DNA from: a virus
Lineage: Duplodnaviria > Caudoviricetes
DNA: 35,153 bases
Virus record (IMG/VR): IMGVR_UViG_3300027845_000007
Coordinates: 1 to 35,153 of that record
Strand: one strand, 5' to 3'
The notes under the pieces are model-generated. The model ran no database searches and had not been told where the DNA came from. It saw only the letters and a program-made list of their open reading frames with translations. Of this stretch, positions 19,022 through 28,137 are shown in pieces (position 1 is the first letter of the stretch; each line of letters begins with the position of its first letter). Both the position numbers and the translations under genes were made by a program.

Positions 19022-19590
19022 AGGCCGAAACGATTGTCTCGTTGATGATCGTTCCTCTCGTTTGGATCGTATATCTTTTATTGAAGGACAAGATTGAAAA
19101 GTCCGAGGCCGTGACTCTCCGCGAGACAAATTTTCTCCGAACCGAACTTCAATTTTTGAATCAAAAACAAATCAATCTCCTTGAAACCTTCGTGAATAAG
19201 TTCGCATCGTGGGAAAATAAGCTCAAGGACGTCGTTTCCGATATCAATGAAGGGAAAGATCCCTCTCAATCATTGGAGTGTTTTGAGGGCGAATCCGAGC
19301 GTCTCCGGGATTACTTTTCGACGTCGATTGATCTTGTTAAAAATGAAATGAAAAGACTTGAAAAAGTTGTCCGGACACGGGAGAATAAATCAATTCACGG
19401 GAACGGGGACTTGACCTCAACAATTGAAAGAGAGATATCCCATCAAAAAGATTTGATCGCGAAGTTTCACGAAATTTTGAGATCGATGAATTTTAAAAAC
19501 AAATCTCTTGAGAGGATGATCGGACTCAATCAAAGGAAAATCGCCGCTCTCGAGAAAAATGTTTCATTCGGAAAAATATCAATAAAATAG
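19018..19590 (+). CDS. N-terminally anchored coiled-coil membrane protein
   Basis: ATGA overlap; TM segment IVSLMIVPLVWIVYLLL followed by heptad-rich helices. Confidence 0.6.
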   Translation: MKAETIVSLMIVPLVWIVYLLLKDKIEKSEAVTLRETNFLRTELQFLNQKQINLLETFVNKFASWENKLKDVVSDINEGKDPSQSLECFEGESERLRDYFSTSIDLVKNEMKRLEKVVRTRENKSIHGNGDLTSTIEREISHQKDLIAKFHEILRSMNFKNKSLERMIGLNQRKIAALEKNVSFGKISIK

Positions 19591-19640
19591 GCCCTCCCTG
19601 GCCCCGTGAATCATCCGTGATAATATAAGGATATCAGTTT

Positions 19641-19913
19641 ATGACACCAAAAAGAAGAGAACTCATAATGAAAGTCGCGGACGACGATCTCCGTTGTTTT
19701 CCAATACTGCACAAAATTGATCGGTTTGTTCACGCGGACAAGATCCTCGAATATTTCGTCAAGGAAAAGATCACGGGGAAACGATTTTATGATGATTTTT
19801 ATTTAAGAAAATTCAAATTGTCATGGTTGAGCATGGGAAAATGGGCCGTAATGAAACTTCAAAAAGAAAAACATTATCGCCCGATTATCGCCGGGAAGGA
19901 TTTTCGAGTTTAA
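19641..19913 (+). CDS. Hypothetical protein
   Basis: 90-aa ORF ending convergently on a shared TTAA with the - strand gene. Confidence 0.6.
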   Translation: MTPKRRELIMKVADDDLRCFPILHKIDRFVHADKILEYFVKEKITGKRFYDDFYLRKFKLSWLSMGKWAVMKLQKEKHYRPIIAGKDFRV

Positions 19914-20227
19914 CAAAAAGAATTGAGTTCTCTTGATAATTGGAGGCGATCTTGATGGGCCTCATAATCCGAATCGTCACAATCTTGAATCTCTTTGACG
20001 AGAAAATCGATCGCGGTTTCGTCGTGTTTTTCGTGTCCATTATCATCGAAAATTCTCTCGATCTCCTCTTGAGAATATGAGTGTTTTTCCATAAGGAACA
20101 CGGCCAGGCCTCGAACAATAATATCGTTTTTATATTCAAGTTTTTTTTCCGCATTGGAACACTTGAAACAAAGGCCGGAGGCGACAAGGAAATCAATTGA
20201 TGAGCATTTCGAACAAGGTTTTTTCAT
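19910..20227 (-). CDS. Hypothetical protein with N-terminal CxxC...CxxC Zn finger
   Basis: CSKC...CFKC; ATG at 20227. Confidence 0.55.
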   Translation of the reverse strand: MKKPCSKCSSIDFLVASGLCFKCSNAEKKLEYKNDIIVRGLAVFLMEKHSYSQEEIERIFDDNGHEKHDETAIDFLVKEIQDCDDSDYEAHQDRLQLSRELNSFC

Positions 20228-20276
20228 CCTCAAGTTATAACACGACCAGGCCTGGCCAGGCCTTGAGTTGTAAAAT

Positions 20277-20630
20277 TTATATATATTCTTTTAAGTTGTC
20301 TTTAACATGAGCAAGATCATAAGCAACAAAACCGCGACCGCCTTGATTATTGATATCATCGAGAAACTCCCTTTGAGACGGGCGCGTCCTCGCTTGTTCG
20401 TTTTTCTTGACCTCAATCGCGAGGAACTTTCCGTCCGGTAATATTCCAAGTATATCGGAAACACCGTTTCGATCCCATTTTGATTTCGAACGGAAACGTT
20501 TTCCGCTTGGATCATAAACACCGCCGGAGTTGTTTCTCCAGGCCGTTATTTTTTTGAATCTTAAAAACTCGAGAATTGAGTTTTGAATTTCGTTTTCAGA
20601 TAAGGGACGTCCGATTCCTTTCAAGCTCAC
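20277..20630 (-). CDS. VRR-NUC domain (PD-(D/E)xK) nuclease, possible Holliday junction resolvase
   Basis: E..IQ..I, GVSDILG, FLAIEVK, Q.EFL..I...GG motifs. Confidence 0.88.
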   Translation of the reverse strand: MSLKGIGRPLSENEIQNSILEFLRFKKITAWRNNSGGVYDPSGKRFRSKSKWDRNGVSDILGILPDGKFLAIEVKKNEQARTRPSQREFLDDINNQGGRGFVAYDLAHVKDNLKEYI

Positions 20631-21180
20631 GAAGTCTCCTCAATATTCGCTCCATTGCGATTCGATCACTCTTCGCATTGTGATGATTCAATTTTATCGA
20701 AAAATGCTCGGAAAGGGAATCAAGAGACGTTGATTTCGGAATCGGAAAACCTCGTTTTCGGAGGTCAACGGCGATCGTGTCGGTCGATAAGTTCATATCG
20801 TCGCGAAAGAATTGATGAAAATAATCAAACTCTTCGAAGTGATAATGAAAGTCCATTTTTAAAAAGGCGAAATCGAAGTGATAAAAACCCTCTTTATTGT
20901 ATGGCCTGGAATGACAAAGAAAATAAAACGGTTCCTTCGGGATAAACTCGATAAGGCGTTCGAGAGTTTCCTTCCTTGGAGGAAATTTCATGGCCAGGCC
21001 TTTGCGAATCCGATGAATCTTGAACGCCTCCTCGCTCCATTTATAAGGACGAGAAGTGAGTTCAAGTTCGGCCAGGGTTTCCAGGGTTTCGAAATCCAAG
21101 ATCCCGAAAGATCCCGTGATCCAATCGTCTTGACTCGGATTGAGTCCGGTTGTTTCAAGGTCGCATGAGAGAATCTTCAT
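20596..21180 (-). CDS. DEDDh 3'-5' exonuclease (DnaQ-like)
   Basis: DLETTGL (Exo I), FDFAFL (Exo II), HHNAKSD (Exo III); start at ATG 21180. Confidence 0.85.
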   Translation of the reverse strand: MKILSCDLETTGLNPSQDDWITGSFGILDFETLETLAELELTSRPYKWSEEAFKIHRIRKGLAMKFPPRKETLERLIEFIPKEPFYFLCHSRPYNKEGFYHFDFAFLKMDFHYHFEEFDYFHQFFRDDMNLSTDTIAVDLRKRGFPIPKSTSLDSLSEHFSIKLNHHNAKSDRIAMERILRRLRELERNRTSLI

Positions 21181-21181
21181 T

Positions 21182-21400
21182 TCACTCGAAATCTCTCGCA
21201 TCAAACCAGGCCGAAGTGTATTTTCCCGGAGCGGTTTGAATCCCGACTCGTTTGAATCCTTCGCGATCCTCAATGAACTCGACTTCCTGGCCCTTGAAGG
21301 ACTCGAGGAGAGTTCCCTTATTATGTTCGAGATTTGTTTTGACGTTCACTTTCGTTCGAACGTGCGGTTTCGTCACTCCGTTATTGTTATTTTTTGCCAT
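21182..21400 (-). CDS. Hypothetical protein
   Basis: RBS AAGGAG; 72 aa within the operon. Confidence 0.6.
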   Translation of the reverse strand: MAKNNNNGVTKPHVRTKVNVKTNLEHNKGTLLESFKGQEVEFIEDREGFKRVGIQTAPGKYTSAWFDARDFE

Positions 21401-21412
21401 TGCTTTTCTCCT

Positions 21413-21676
21413 TTATAAAATTATTCCCGAGTTTTTTTGAGATTGATCATGTAGTTTCACAATTTCCCGGAGAGTTTTCACTTCATAAACGGCGGCGTTG
21501 AACTCAATTATAAACTTCTCAATCGCCTCGACGAGAACTTTCGTGTCAACGATTTCCGGAATCGTCATATCGGGCGGCGGATTTTGAACGAGGTGTTGTT
21601 GACCTTGCAAAAATTGAAGTAATATCGCGACCGGATTGTCGTCTATTTTCTTTTTATTCGGATCTTGTTGAGACAC
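21413..21676 (-). CDS. Hypothetical protein
   Basis: RBS AAGGAG; 87 aa within the operon. Confidence 0.6.
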   Translation of the reverse strand: MSQQDPNKKKIDDNPVAILLQFLQGQQHLVQNPPPDMTIPEIVDTKVLVEAIEKFIIEFNAAVYEVKTLREIVKLHDQSQKNSGIIL

Positions 21677-21915
21677 TTTTTGAACTCCTTTTTGATTTCG
21701 TTGAACAATCCTCGAGACTCACGTTTCAATTTCCATTGATGAAAACCGAGAGTCCCTTCAATTGCAATTATATATTTTTTATCGTGACGATGATTGAGGT
21801 TATTGAAGAAAACTTCTCCCTCCGTTTTTCCCCAACAATCGCGAACGAATTGTTTGACGTCCTCGTCTCTTTGATCAAGCGTTTCCATTATAGGGCCCTT
21901 ATCATCTTGATCCAA
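21643..21915 (-). CDS. Hypothetical protein
   Basis: Fills the gap between neighbours; start uncertain (21915 or 21888). Confidence 0.45.
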   Translation of the reverse strand: MDQDDKGPIMETLDQRDEDVKQFVRDCWGKTEGEVFFNNLNHRHDKKYIIAIEGTLGFHQWKLKRESRGLFNEIKKEFKKCLNKIRIKRK

Positions 21916-22562
21916 AAATCGGCCATCTTTCGAACTCCGAAATCCTCTTCGTCTAAAAATTGGGCCGTGTCCTCCGTTTGATAATCGCCGAAGAACGGTT
22001 CGAATAACATGGCCATGACTCCGCGTTTTTCCGCCTCAAAAACAAAGGTTGATCCGCGATCATTTTTCTTGAGAGCTTTTATCCCTCGAACTCCTTTATA
22101 TTCACGACGTTTCACAATATCAAATTGAGTTGAAAATCCGTCGATCATAAGATTCGCATAATTCGCGGTTTTGTCCGCTCCGTGTTTGATGAGCATTTCA
22201 CAACCTCTCGCCTCCGGAACTCCGGCCGCATTGAAATGAAACTCAATCGCGAGATCAATCTTATCTTTTTCGAGTTGTTTCGCGAGAGTTCTCATCGCGC
22301 TCGAATAAGATCCCTCCTCTCGAAGATATTTGAAAACTTGTTTCCCGTTTGGAATCATTTCGGCGTTGATGATATCAACGATCCGACGATTCAATTGAAA
22401 CTCTCTTTGATTGTTATAAGTTCTCATTCCCCATTTGTTCGGCGTATGGCCTGGGATGATCGCGACTCTCCGGATTTCGGATTGAGGTTGTTGAATGACG
22501 TCGTCGATTTGATCCGGAGTCGTTGACGGAGTTCTCTCTCTTTTTTTAAAGCATTTAAACAT
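21888..22562 (-). CDS. N-acetylmuramoyl-L-alanine amidase (Amidase_3), probable endolysin
   Basis: AIIPGH, E..LN, IEFHFNA, GCE and LFEPFF match the Zn-binding and catalytic motifs. Confidence 0.85.
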   Translation of the reverse strand: MFKCFKKRERTPSTTPDQIDDVIQQPQSEIRRVAIIPGHTPNKWGMRTYNNQREFQLNRRIVDIINAEMIPNGKQVFKYLREEGSYSSAMRTLAKQLEKDKIDLAIEFHFNAAGVPEARGCEMLIKHGADKTANYANLMIDGFSTQFDIVKRREYKGVRGIKALKKNDRGSTFVFEAEKRGVMAMLFEPFFGDYQTEDTAQFLDEEDFGVRKMADFWIKMIRAL

Positions 22563-23448
22563 TTTTGATTCCCCTTAATATGGTTTCAATCACCTTGACC
22601 GTGACCGCGTTTCCGATTTGTTTATATCTTTGATTGTCCGAGACTCCCTCCGTCCAACCGGGAGGAAAGGATTGAAGAACTTCGGCCTCTTCGGGAGTGA
22701 GTTCTCGGAGAGTTCCCTTATCATCAACGAAAGTTTTCGAGGATTGTCCCGAACAAGCCCATCCTCCCGTGAGAGTGTTCGCTTTTCCGTCGCGATATTC
22801 TCGATCTTGATAATATTTTCCGTTCTCGTTTTGTTTCCAAGTGTCGAGAACGGTTCCGTCGGGTTTCGGAGTCCTTCCGGACTTCGACCAACGAACGAGA
22901 GAATGATTTCGAACTCCTCGATCCCATAAGTCTTTCGTTTCGATATCCCAATTGAACCAATAAAGTCGATCTCTCATTTGAGGCGTGATGAAATCCGAAC
23001 AAATTCTCATCGGTTGAACTCCAAGAACTTCGGAAATCGTGTCTCGATCCTCTTCGCTCATTGAGGCGACGTTCTCAAGGAGAAAATATTTCGGTTTTTT
23101 CACTCGAACAATATGAGCGAAGGCATAAAACAAATTCGAACGAGATCCCTTGAGGCCCTTTCGGTTCTTTGTTTGGATTGATAAATCTTGACAAGGAGAT
23201 CCGGCGAACAAAAAATCAACTCTCGGGAGACAACCGATTCGAAAATCGTTCGGTTCTCCGTTCTCATCAAAAACATAAGACGAAATATCTCCGATATTCT
23301 TTGAGTGATTATGAGGAAAGTTCTTCAAATAAGTTTCGATTGAGGACTTGTTGATCTCGCTCCAATAAGAACAAAACGCCGAAGGGAAAACTCTTTTCAT
23401 TGCGAGAGAGAATCCTCCGACTCCCGTGAATAAATCTCCATAATTCAT
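22555..23448 (-). CDS. DNA (cytosine-5)-methyltransferase
   Basis: DLFTGVGG (I), GSPCQ (IV), LENV (VI), Q.R.R.Y (VIII), RELTPEE...LQSFP (IX), QIGNAV (X). Confidence 0.95.
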   Translation of the reverse strand: MNYGDLFTGVGGFSLAMKRVFPSAFCSYWSEINKSSIETYLKNFPHNHSKNIGDISSYVFDENGEPNDFRIGCLPRVDFLFAGSPCQDLSIQTKNRKGLKGSRSNLFYAFAHIVRVKKPKYFLLENVASMSEEDRDTISEVLGVQPMRICSDFITPQMRDRLYWFNWDIETKDLWDRGVRNHSLVRWSKSGRTPKPDGTVLDTWKQNENGKYYQDREYRDGKANTLTGGWACSGQSSKTFVDDKGTLRELTPEEAEVLQSFPPGWTEGVSDNQRYKQIGNAVTVKVIETILRGIKNV

Positions 23449-24167
23449 AGATCAATCACCTTCGTTTGAAAGTTTAAAGGATTCAAAAACGATGCGAGTT
23501 GATTTTTTCTCATTTCACGAAACCAAACTTTTTCGTCGCCGTTCCAATAAAACCCGGCGTCCTTCGCTTTTTGTCTCCCGTCATAAGAAACTTGAGCGAG
23601 AACTTTCACTCGAGGAGAATCCGCGTTGTCGATTATAGTATTGATATCGTACTTGGAAAGAACTTGGAGCATTGTGAGAACGTCGGTCACGGCCCGATGG
23701 GCGAAAGGATTGACGAACCCATGACAAGCGGCCAGGTATATAAGGGAACGAGATCTCATCGTCGAGGGATAATCAATATCCGTTTGAGTGTCGATCCAAT
23801 TTCGTTCCCAGGCCGGAGAGGTCACGTCCATTTTTTGACGAGTGATAAAATGATTCAAGATCGGCTTGTCAAATTGGTTCCCATTATGGCCGACAACTCG
23901 ATCCGCTTTAATTAAAAGAGAATGAAGTCTCGAGATCGCCTCGCTTGGAATGAGTCCGTGATTCATTATCATATCATTATTGATCCCGGTATATTCCGAG
24001 GCCTGGGAGTGAACTCCTTGTTCTTCATTGACGAGAAGATTCTCAATTTCGAGAGGCGTGTTCGTGTCGGTTTCCCATAAAACCGCGCCGATTTCGGTCA
24101 CGATTGTTTTGTCCTTTGACGTGTCGAAACTCGATCCGGTTTCGATATCAACTCCGAGTATTTTCAT
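23445..24167 (-). CDS. DEDDh 3'-5' exonuclease with C-terminal DUF5710-like domain
   Basis: DIETG, GHNGNQFD, AHRAVTD; C-terminal V.Y..R..AK.AGF.W....K.W. Confidence 0.85.
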   Translation of the reverse strand: MKILGVDIETGSSFDTSKDKTIVTEIGAVLWETDTNTPLEIENLLVNEEQGVHSQASEYTGINNDMIMNHGLIPSEAISRLHSLLIKADRVVGHNGNQFDKPILNHFITRQKMDVTSPAWERNWIDTQTDIDYPSTMRSRSLIYLAACHGFVNPFAHRAVTDVLTMLQVLSKYDINTIIDNADSPRVKVLAQVSYDGRQKAKDAGFYWNGDEKVWFREMRKNQLASFLNPLNFQTKVIDL

Positions 24168-24181
24168 ATTTTATCTCCTTA

Positions 24182-25708
24182 TTAGTAAAAACGTTTTGTC
24201 ACGTTCGTCCATTTCCCATCGCGTTCGATCTTAATTTTGACCGGACACCGTTTATAAATTGATTGTTCTTCGACAAATTGCTTATGAGCATAAGTCCCAA
24301 TTTTTATATAATCGATATATGTATTCAATAAAGTCATATAAGTAATTTTGAGACACTTATTCCCGGCCCTTGAAACATAATCATCCTCGATCGTCCATTG
24401 CATAAGTTTGATCGTGTCCTCTTTTTTTAATTTGTTATTGAAGGTATGATTCCCGGCGGTTGTTGTGAGTTTCTTTGTCCGATCAACGGGTTTCGTCTCC
24501 TCCTTATAAAGTTCATAAGCGCAATTTTTACAATGAGACGCCGGGAGAAAAATAAAATGTTCACAACTCGGACAAATAATCGCCTTTTTTTCCGCCTTGT
24601 TCGCCTTTGATTTTGGATCATTGACGACGGGATTGTTCGGATGGCCCAACGCCTCGACAACTTCTCCGTAATCGAGAAACAAACAATCTTTTTTCCCAGG
24701 AAATAAGCGAAGTCCTCGTCCGCATAATTGAACATATAAGACGGGAGATCTCATCGGCCTCATGTTCACGATCGCGTGAATCGCGTCGTAATCATAGCCC
24801 TCCGAAACCATTGTGACGGAAGTTATATGACGAACGGAACCTTTTTCAAACTCGTCGATATTGAGTTTTTGTTCGCCCTTTTTAAGTTTGGAATGAATAA
24901 TTGTCGCCGCCTCATACTTCGAGATTTCCTCTTGAACGAGTTCCGCGTGTTCAATACAAGTACAACTCCAAACGATTTTATTTCGTCCGGAGAGTCGAGG
25001 GAGAGCGTCCGCGACTTGAAGTTTTATTTTCTCTTGATCCTTGGAGAGTTTTTCAACGTCTTTTTGAACGAAGTCTCCTTTCCTTTTCCGAAGTTTGGAC
25101 GTGTCGAATCCTTCCTTTGTTGATTGAAAGATCGGATCGACAATAAATCCGGCGGCGATCATTTCCTTGAGAGTCTTTCGATAGGTGATTCGTTTGATCT
25201 CTTTGTCCTGGCCGAAGATATAACCTCCGGAGGCCGTGAAAGGAGTCGCCGTGAATCGAACGATCTTGAGGTTCGGATTCTTTTCCCGAAGTCTTAATAT
25301 AAAGTTTTGATAAACGAGAGAATTTTCCGCATTATGGGCCTCGTCAATTATCAATAAATGAAGGAAGGGAGTTGTTTTTTCAACCGTATTGATCGAGGCG
25401 ACCGTGATCTCGTTTCCGTCGTCATAATCTCCAAGTGATCCGCAATAAAGACCGATATTCTCATCGTCGATCGCGCCGATCAATTTGTCTCGCGTTTGAG
25501 TAACGAGTTTCACTTGATTGACGAGAACCATTGACTTGAGAACACGCCCTCCGAGTTTCATTTTCTCGAGAGATTTTTTCAACAATAAAGTGAAAATGAT
25601 TGTCTTTCCCGATGCGGTCGGGAGAACAATGAGAACGTCATTCTCTTTTCGAATTGAGTTCCAAGTTGTTTCGATGCAATCGGCTTGATATGGCCTGGCC
25701 GTAATCAT
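24182..25708 (-). CDS. SF2 DEAH helicase (RadD/YejH-like) with Zn ribbon
   Basis: RPYQ, PTASGKT, IIDEAH, TATP, EGYD, Q..GRGLR; CPSC...CKNC. Confidence 0.92.
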   Translation of the reverse strand: MITARPYQADCIETTWNSIRKENDVLIVLPTASGKTIIFTLLLKKSLEKMKLGGRVLKSMVLVNQVKLVTQTRDKLIGAIDDENIGLYCGSLGDYDDGNEITVASINTVEKTTPFLHLLIIDEAHNAENSLVYQNFILRLREKNPNLKIVRFTATPFTASGGYIFGQDKEIKRITYRKTLKEMIAAGFIVDPIFQSTKEGFDTSKLRKRKGDFVQKDVEKLSKDQEKIKLQVADALPRLSGRNKIVWSCTCIEHAELVQEEISKYEAATIIHSKLKKGEQKLNIDEFEKGSVRHITSVTMVSEGYDYDAIHAIVNMRPMRSPVLYVQLCGRGLRLFPGKKDCLFLDYGEVVEALGHPNNPVVNDPKSKANKAEKKAIICPSCEHFIFLPASHCKNCAYELYKEETKPVDRTKKLTTTAGNHTFNNKLKKEDTIKLMQWTIEDDYVSRAGNKCLKITYMTLLNTYIDYIKIGTYAHKQFVEEQSIYKRCPVKIKIERDGKWTNVTKRFY

Positions 25709-26040
25709 TGAAGAGTTTCTCCAAGAACAACGCGTTTCATCTTCGCGACTTCGTTGAGAAGTCCCTTTTTCGTCTCTTGACTCATTGTCGGATAAACGAT
25801 CTCCATTGAAAGAGATTCGATTGTCCCGATGAGAGTTCTTGTTTCCATTTTATGAAATCCCTCTCTCATCGCCTTTGATCTTTCCTCAAGGTTTGATTGA
25901 AGGTGTTTAAAAAAGAGAACGAACGCGAGAAGAAAAACAACGAGAAAATAATTTTTCGGCGTTGGATCGAAGGTCGCGAAAGAGAGAACGATCACGGCGT
26001 CGAAAATCAAACTCCATTTGTTTTCCTTGATATATCTCAT
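25705..26040 (-). CDS. Hypothetical membrane protein (2 TM)
   Basis: ATGA overlaps at both ends; two hydrophobic stretches. Confidence 0.6.
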   Translation of the reverse strand: MRYIKENKWSLIFDAVIVLSFATFDPTPKNYFLVVFLLAFVLFFKHLQSNLEERSKAMREGFHKMETRTLIGTIESLSMEIVYPTMSQETKKGLLNEVAKMKRVVLGETLQ

Positions 26041-26234
26041 TTTTTCTTTCCAGTATTCTTTGAATTATTTTCATTAAATTTCCCCATTTTGATTATCGAA
26101 TCAACTTGAAAAAGCTCCGACGCGCTCATGTTCGCGACTTGTTTCTTGATTTCCAGGGTTTCTTTTTCAAGTAATCCCTTTTCGGTCATAAGTTCGACAA
26201 GACAATCTCCGATTGACTTCATTGGTGTTTTCAT
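26037..26234 (-). CDS. Hypothetical protein
   Basis: RBS AGGAG; ATGA overlaps. Confidence 0.6.
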   Translation of the reverse strand: MKTPMKSIGDCLVELMTEKGLLEKETLEIKKQVANMSASELFQVDSIIKMGKFNENNSKNTGKKK

Positions 26235-26500
26235 ATCTCTTCTCCTAGTTTGACAATATAGTCTTTATTCATCGCCGGATCGGTTTCAACTTCAATTGAG
26301 ACAACGGATCTCTTTAAACTTGGAAGTCCCGAAAGAACTTTTTTCGTTTGAAAGTTATACGCGATCAATGAGATATTTTTCCCGGGCGAGAGATAAGTCG
26401 GTTCCTCGCGAAAGACGAGTTCGCCTTTCCGCTTTTCATAAATTTTCATCCAATCGTTCGGAGTGACTTCGACTCTTTTATATATTTTGGTTTTATTCAC
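26231..26500 (-). CDS. Hypothetical protein
   Basis: GTG 26500 preceded by AAGGGG RBS; preferred over the longer ORF, which runs through a terminator-like hairpin. Confidence 0.55.
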   Translation of the reverse strand: MNKTKIYKRVEVTPNDWMKIYEKRKGELVFREEPTYLSPGKNISLIAYNFQTKKVLSGLPSLKRSVVSIEVETDPAMNKDYIVKLGEEI

Positions 26501-26513
26501 AATTTTCCCCTTG

Positions 26514-26539
26514 AAATAAAAAGCCCCTTGAGGTGGGGC
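26514..26539 (-). terminator. Putative intrinsic terminator after the SSB gene
   Basis: On the - strand GCCCC-ACCTCAA-GGGGC-TTTTTATTT. Confidence 0.55.
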
Positions 26540-26633
26540 CAGGCCTGGACTTATAACGAGTCCAATCTCCGGGGACAAGGTTGTTCGAAATTCCGGCGTC
26601 TCCTCCCGTTTTATGAATCTCTTTTATATAATC

Positions 26634-27068
26634 CTAATCAAAGGGCGTCGATTCCGGTTGAGAACCTTCGGCGACGTAATCGTTTGGACAAGCTGAAAAG
26701 CCCGTGACGCGATTTTTCTCGCCATACGAGTCGGTTTTCACGGTCAATTTAACCATTGTCTCCAGGCCGACAAGTGCTTGTTCGTCGTTGAATAATCCCG
26801 GAGATCCTCCGGCGGCGACGATCATTGACTTGATTCGTCCGAGTCCAATTTGAACGGCCTCGGGATTGTCGTTCTTAATATTGAACATTTCCCAAAACTT
26901 TCGACCGTTTTGATTCTCGTCCGTGACCGTGAATTGACAATCAATCATAAGGCCTCCGTTCTTTGTCTCTTTAAGTTCGGCCGTTTCAACCGCCGCTCGA
27001 TAAGTCCCGGCCGGAATACAACCGCCGTTCGACTCCTCAACTTCATTTAAGTCAAAATTAAAACTCAT
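26634..27068 (-). CDS. DUF669-type ssDNA-binding protein
   Basis: IPAGTY.A.V..AE.K.TK.GG, GRKFW..FN; acidic tail ending PFD; adjacent to the Sak4-like gene. Confidence 0.82.
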   Translation of the reverse strand: MSFNFDLNEVEESNGGCIPAGTYRAAVETAELKETKNGGLMIDCQFTVTDENQNGRKFWEMFNIKNDNPEAVQIGLGRIKSMIVAAGGSPGLFNDEQALVGLETMVKLTVKTDSYGEKNRVTGFSACPNDYVAEGSQPESTPFD

Positions 27069-27817
27069 TTTGATGCTCCTTTTTGTTTGGTTGTTTCTTG
27101 ATTTGAGTTCAAGATTTTATTGATAATATGATTCATATTCGGATCTTCGAATTGTTTAAGTTTCCCGGAACGATCTCCGGCGATCGCCTTGTCATAAGTT
27201 GACGTGACGAGTTTTCGAATTTCCTTTCCTTCGTCGTTCATAAATTTTCGATATTGAAAAACCTCATCGACTAGGGCCGGAACTCTTTGAGAGATCTTTC
27301 CGTTGAGATCAACTCCGACAAATCTCCGTGAGAGATCATCTTTGTCCGCGACTTCGAGGGCCAGGAATAAAACATTGTAAGGCTTATAGTCTCTCATTTG
27401 TTTAACGAGATCCGTTATTTTATCGGAATAATCGCCCCATAATCTCAATGAATCTTTCGCGTCCGGATATTTTTTCTTCATTGATTCAACGAGGCATTGA
27501 CCGACCTCCGTGAGAGAATCAATCACAATCCACTTATATTTTTTCTTCATTTCGTCTTTCGACAAAACGTTCGTGAATAAATGAATGAGCTTTTCGAATC
27601 GCATATCCCGACTCATTGGAACGTTGTTCTTGTCAACCGTACAATCATAAACGTCGATGATCTCATCTTGAAGAGATAAAAGTCCGTTTTCCATATTGAC
27701 GATGAGAGTTTTTCCGGGAAGTGTTTTCGCGAGAGAAGTCTTTCCGATTTTTGGTTGACCGTAAACGAGCGCAACAATGCGCGCATCTTGTTTGATCTTT
27801 TTCGTGTCCGTAAACAT
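27065..27817 (-). CDS. AAA_24/Sak4-like ATPase (ssDNA-annealing recombinase)
   Basis: YGQPKIGKT Walker A, ENGLLS, VIDSLTE, WG, A.DRSG.L; RBS AAGGGG before ATG 27817. Confidence 0.85.
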   Translation of the reverse strand: MFTDTKKIKQDARIVALVYGQPKIGKTSLAKTLPGKTLIVNMENGLLSLQDEIIDVYDCTVDKNNVPMSRDMRFEKLIHLFTNVLSKDEMKKKYKWIVIDSLTEVGQCLVESMKKKYPDAKDSLRLWGDYSDKITDLVKQMRDYKPYNVLFLALEVADKDDLSRRFVGVDLNGKISQRVPALVDEVFQYRKFMNDEGKEIRKLVTSTYDKAIAGDRSGKLKQFEDPNMNHIINKILNSNQETTKQKGASK

Positions 27818-27839
27818 ATTATTTTCCCCTTGATTGATT

Positions 27840-27898
27840 GAAGGCATTGAACTATTATCTCAAAACATTGTCAACAATAAAAAAAGGGACTCAACTCA
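27840..27898. promoter_or_regulatory. Divergent early control region with near-palindromic operator candidate
   Basis: TTGACA on the - strand lies inside the near-palindrome ATTGTCAACAAT (27867-27878), between divergent operons. Confidence 0.45.
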
Positions 27899-28111
27899 AT
27901 GAAACTTCATAAATACTTGAAAGACACCGGAATCACGATCGCTCGTTTCGCGAGATCATGCGATATAAATGAAAATACAATGAACACTTATGTTCACGAA
28001 AAAGCGGAACCTAGTCTCAAAAATGCTTTAACAATTGAAGAACAATCTCACGGAGCGATTACATTGAAAGAACTCATCCTTGAGAGAACCGAAAAGAACT
28101 CTCAAGAATAA
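27899..28111 (+). CDS. Cro/XRE-like helix-turn-helix protein
   Basis: MKL..YL...GIT...FA...I...T...Y.....PS...A..IE..S.GAIT pattern of Cro-like proteins. Confidence 0.8.
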   Translation: MKLHKYLKDTGITIARFARSCDINENTMNTYVHEKAEPSLKNALTIEEQSHGAITLKELILERTEKNSQE

Positions 28112-28137
28112 GTCTTGAACAAAAAGGGGAAAACTTT

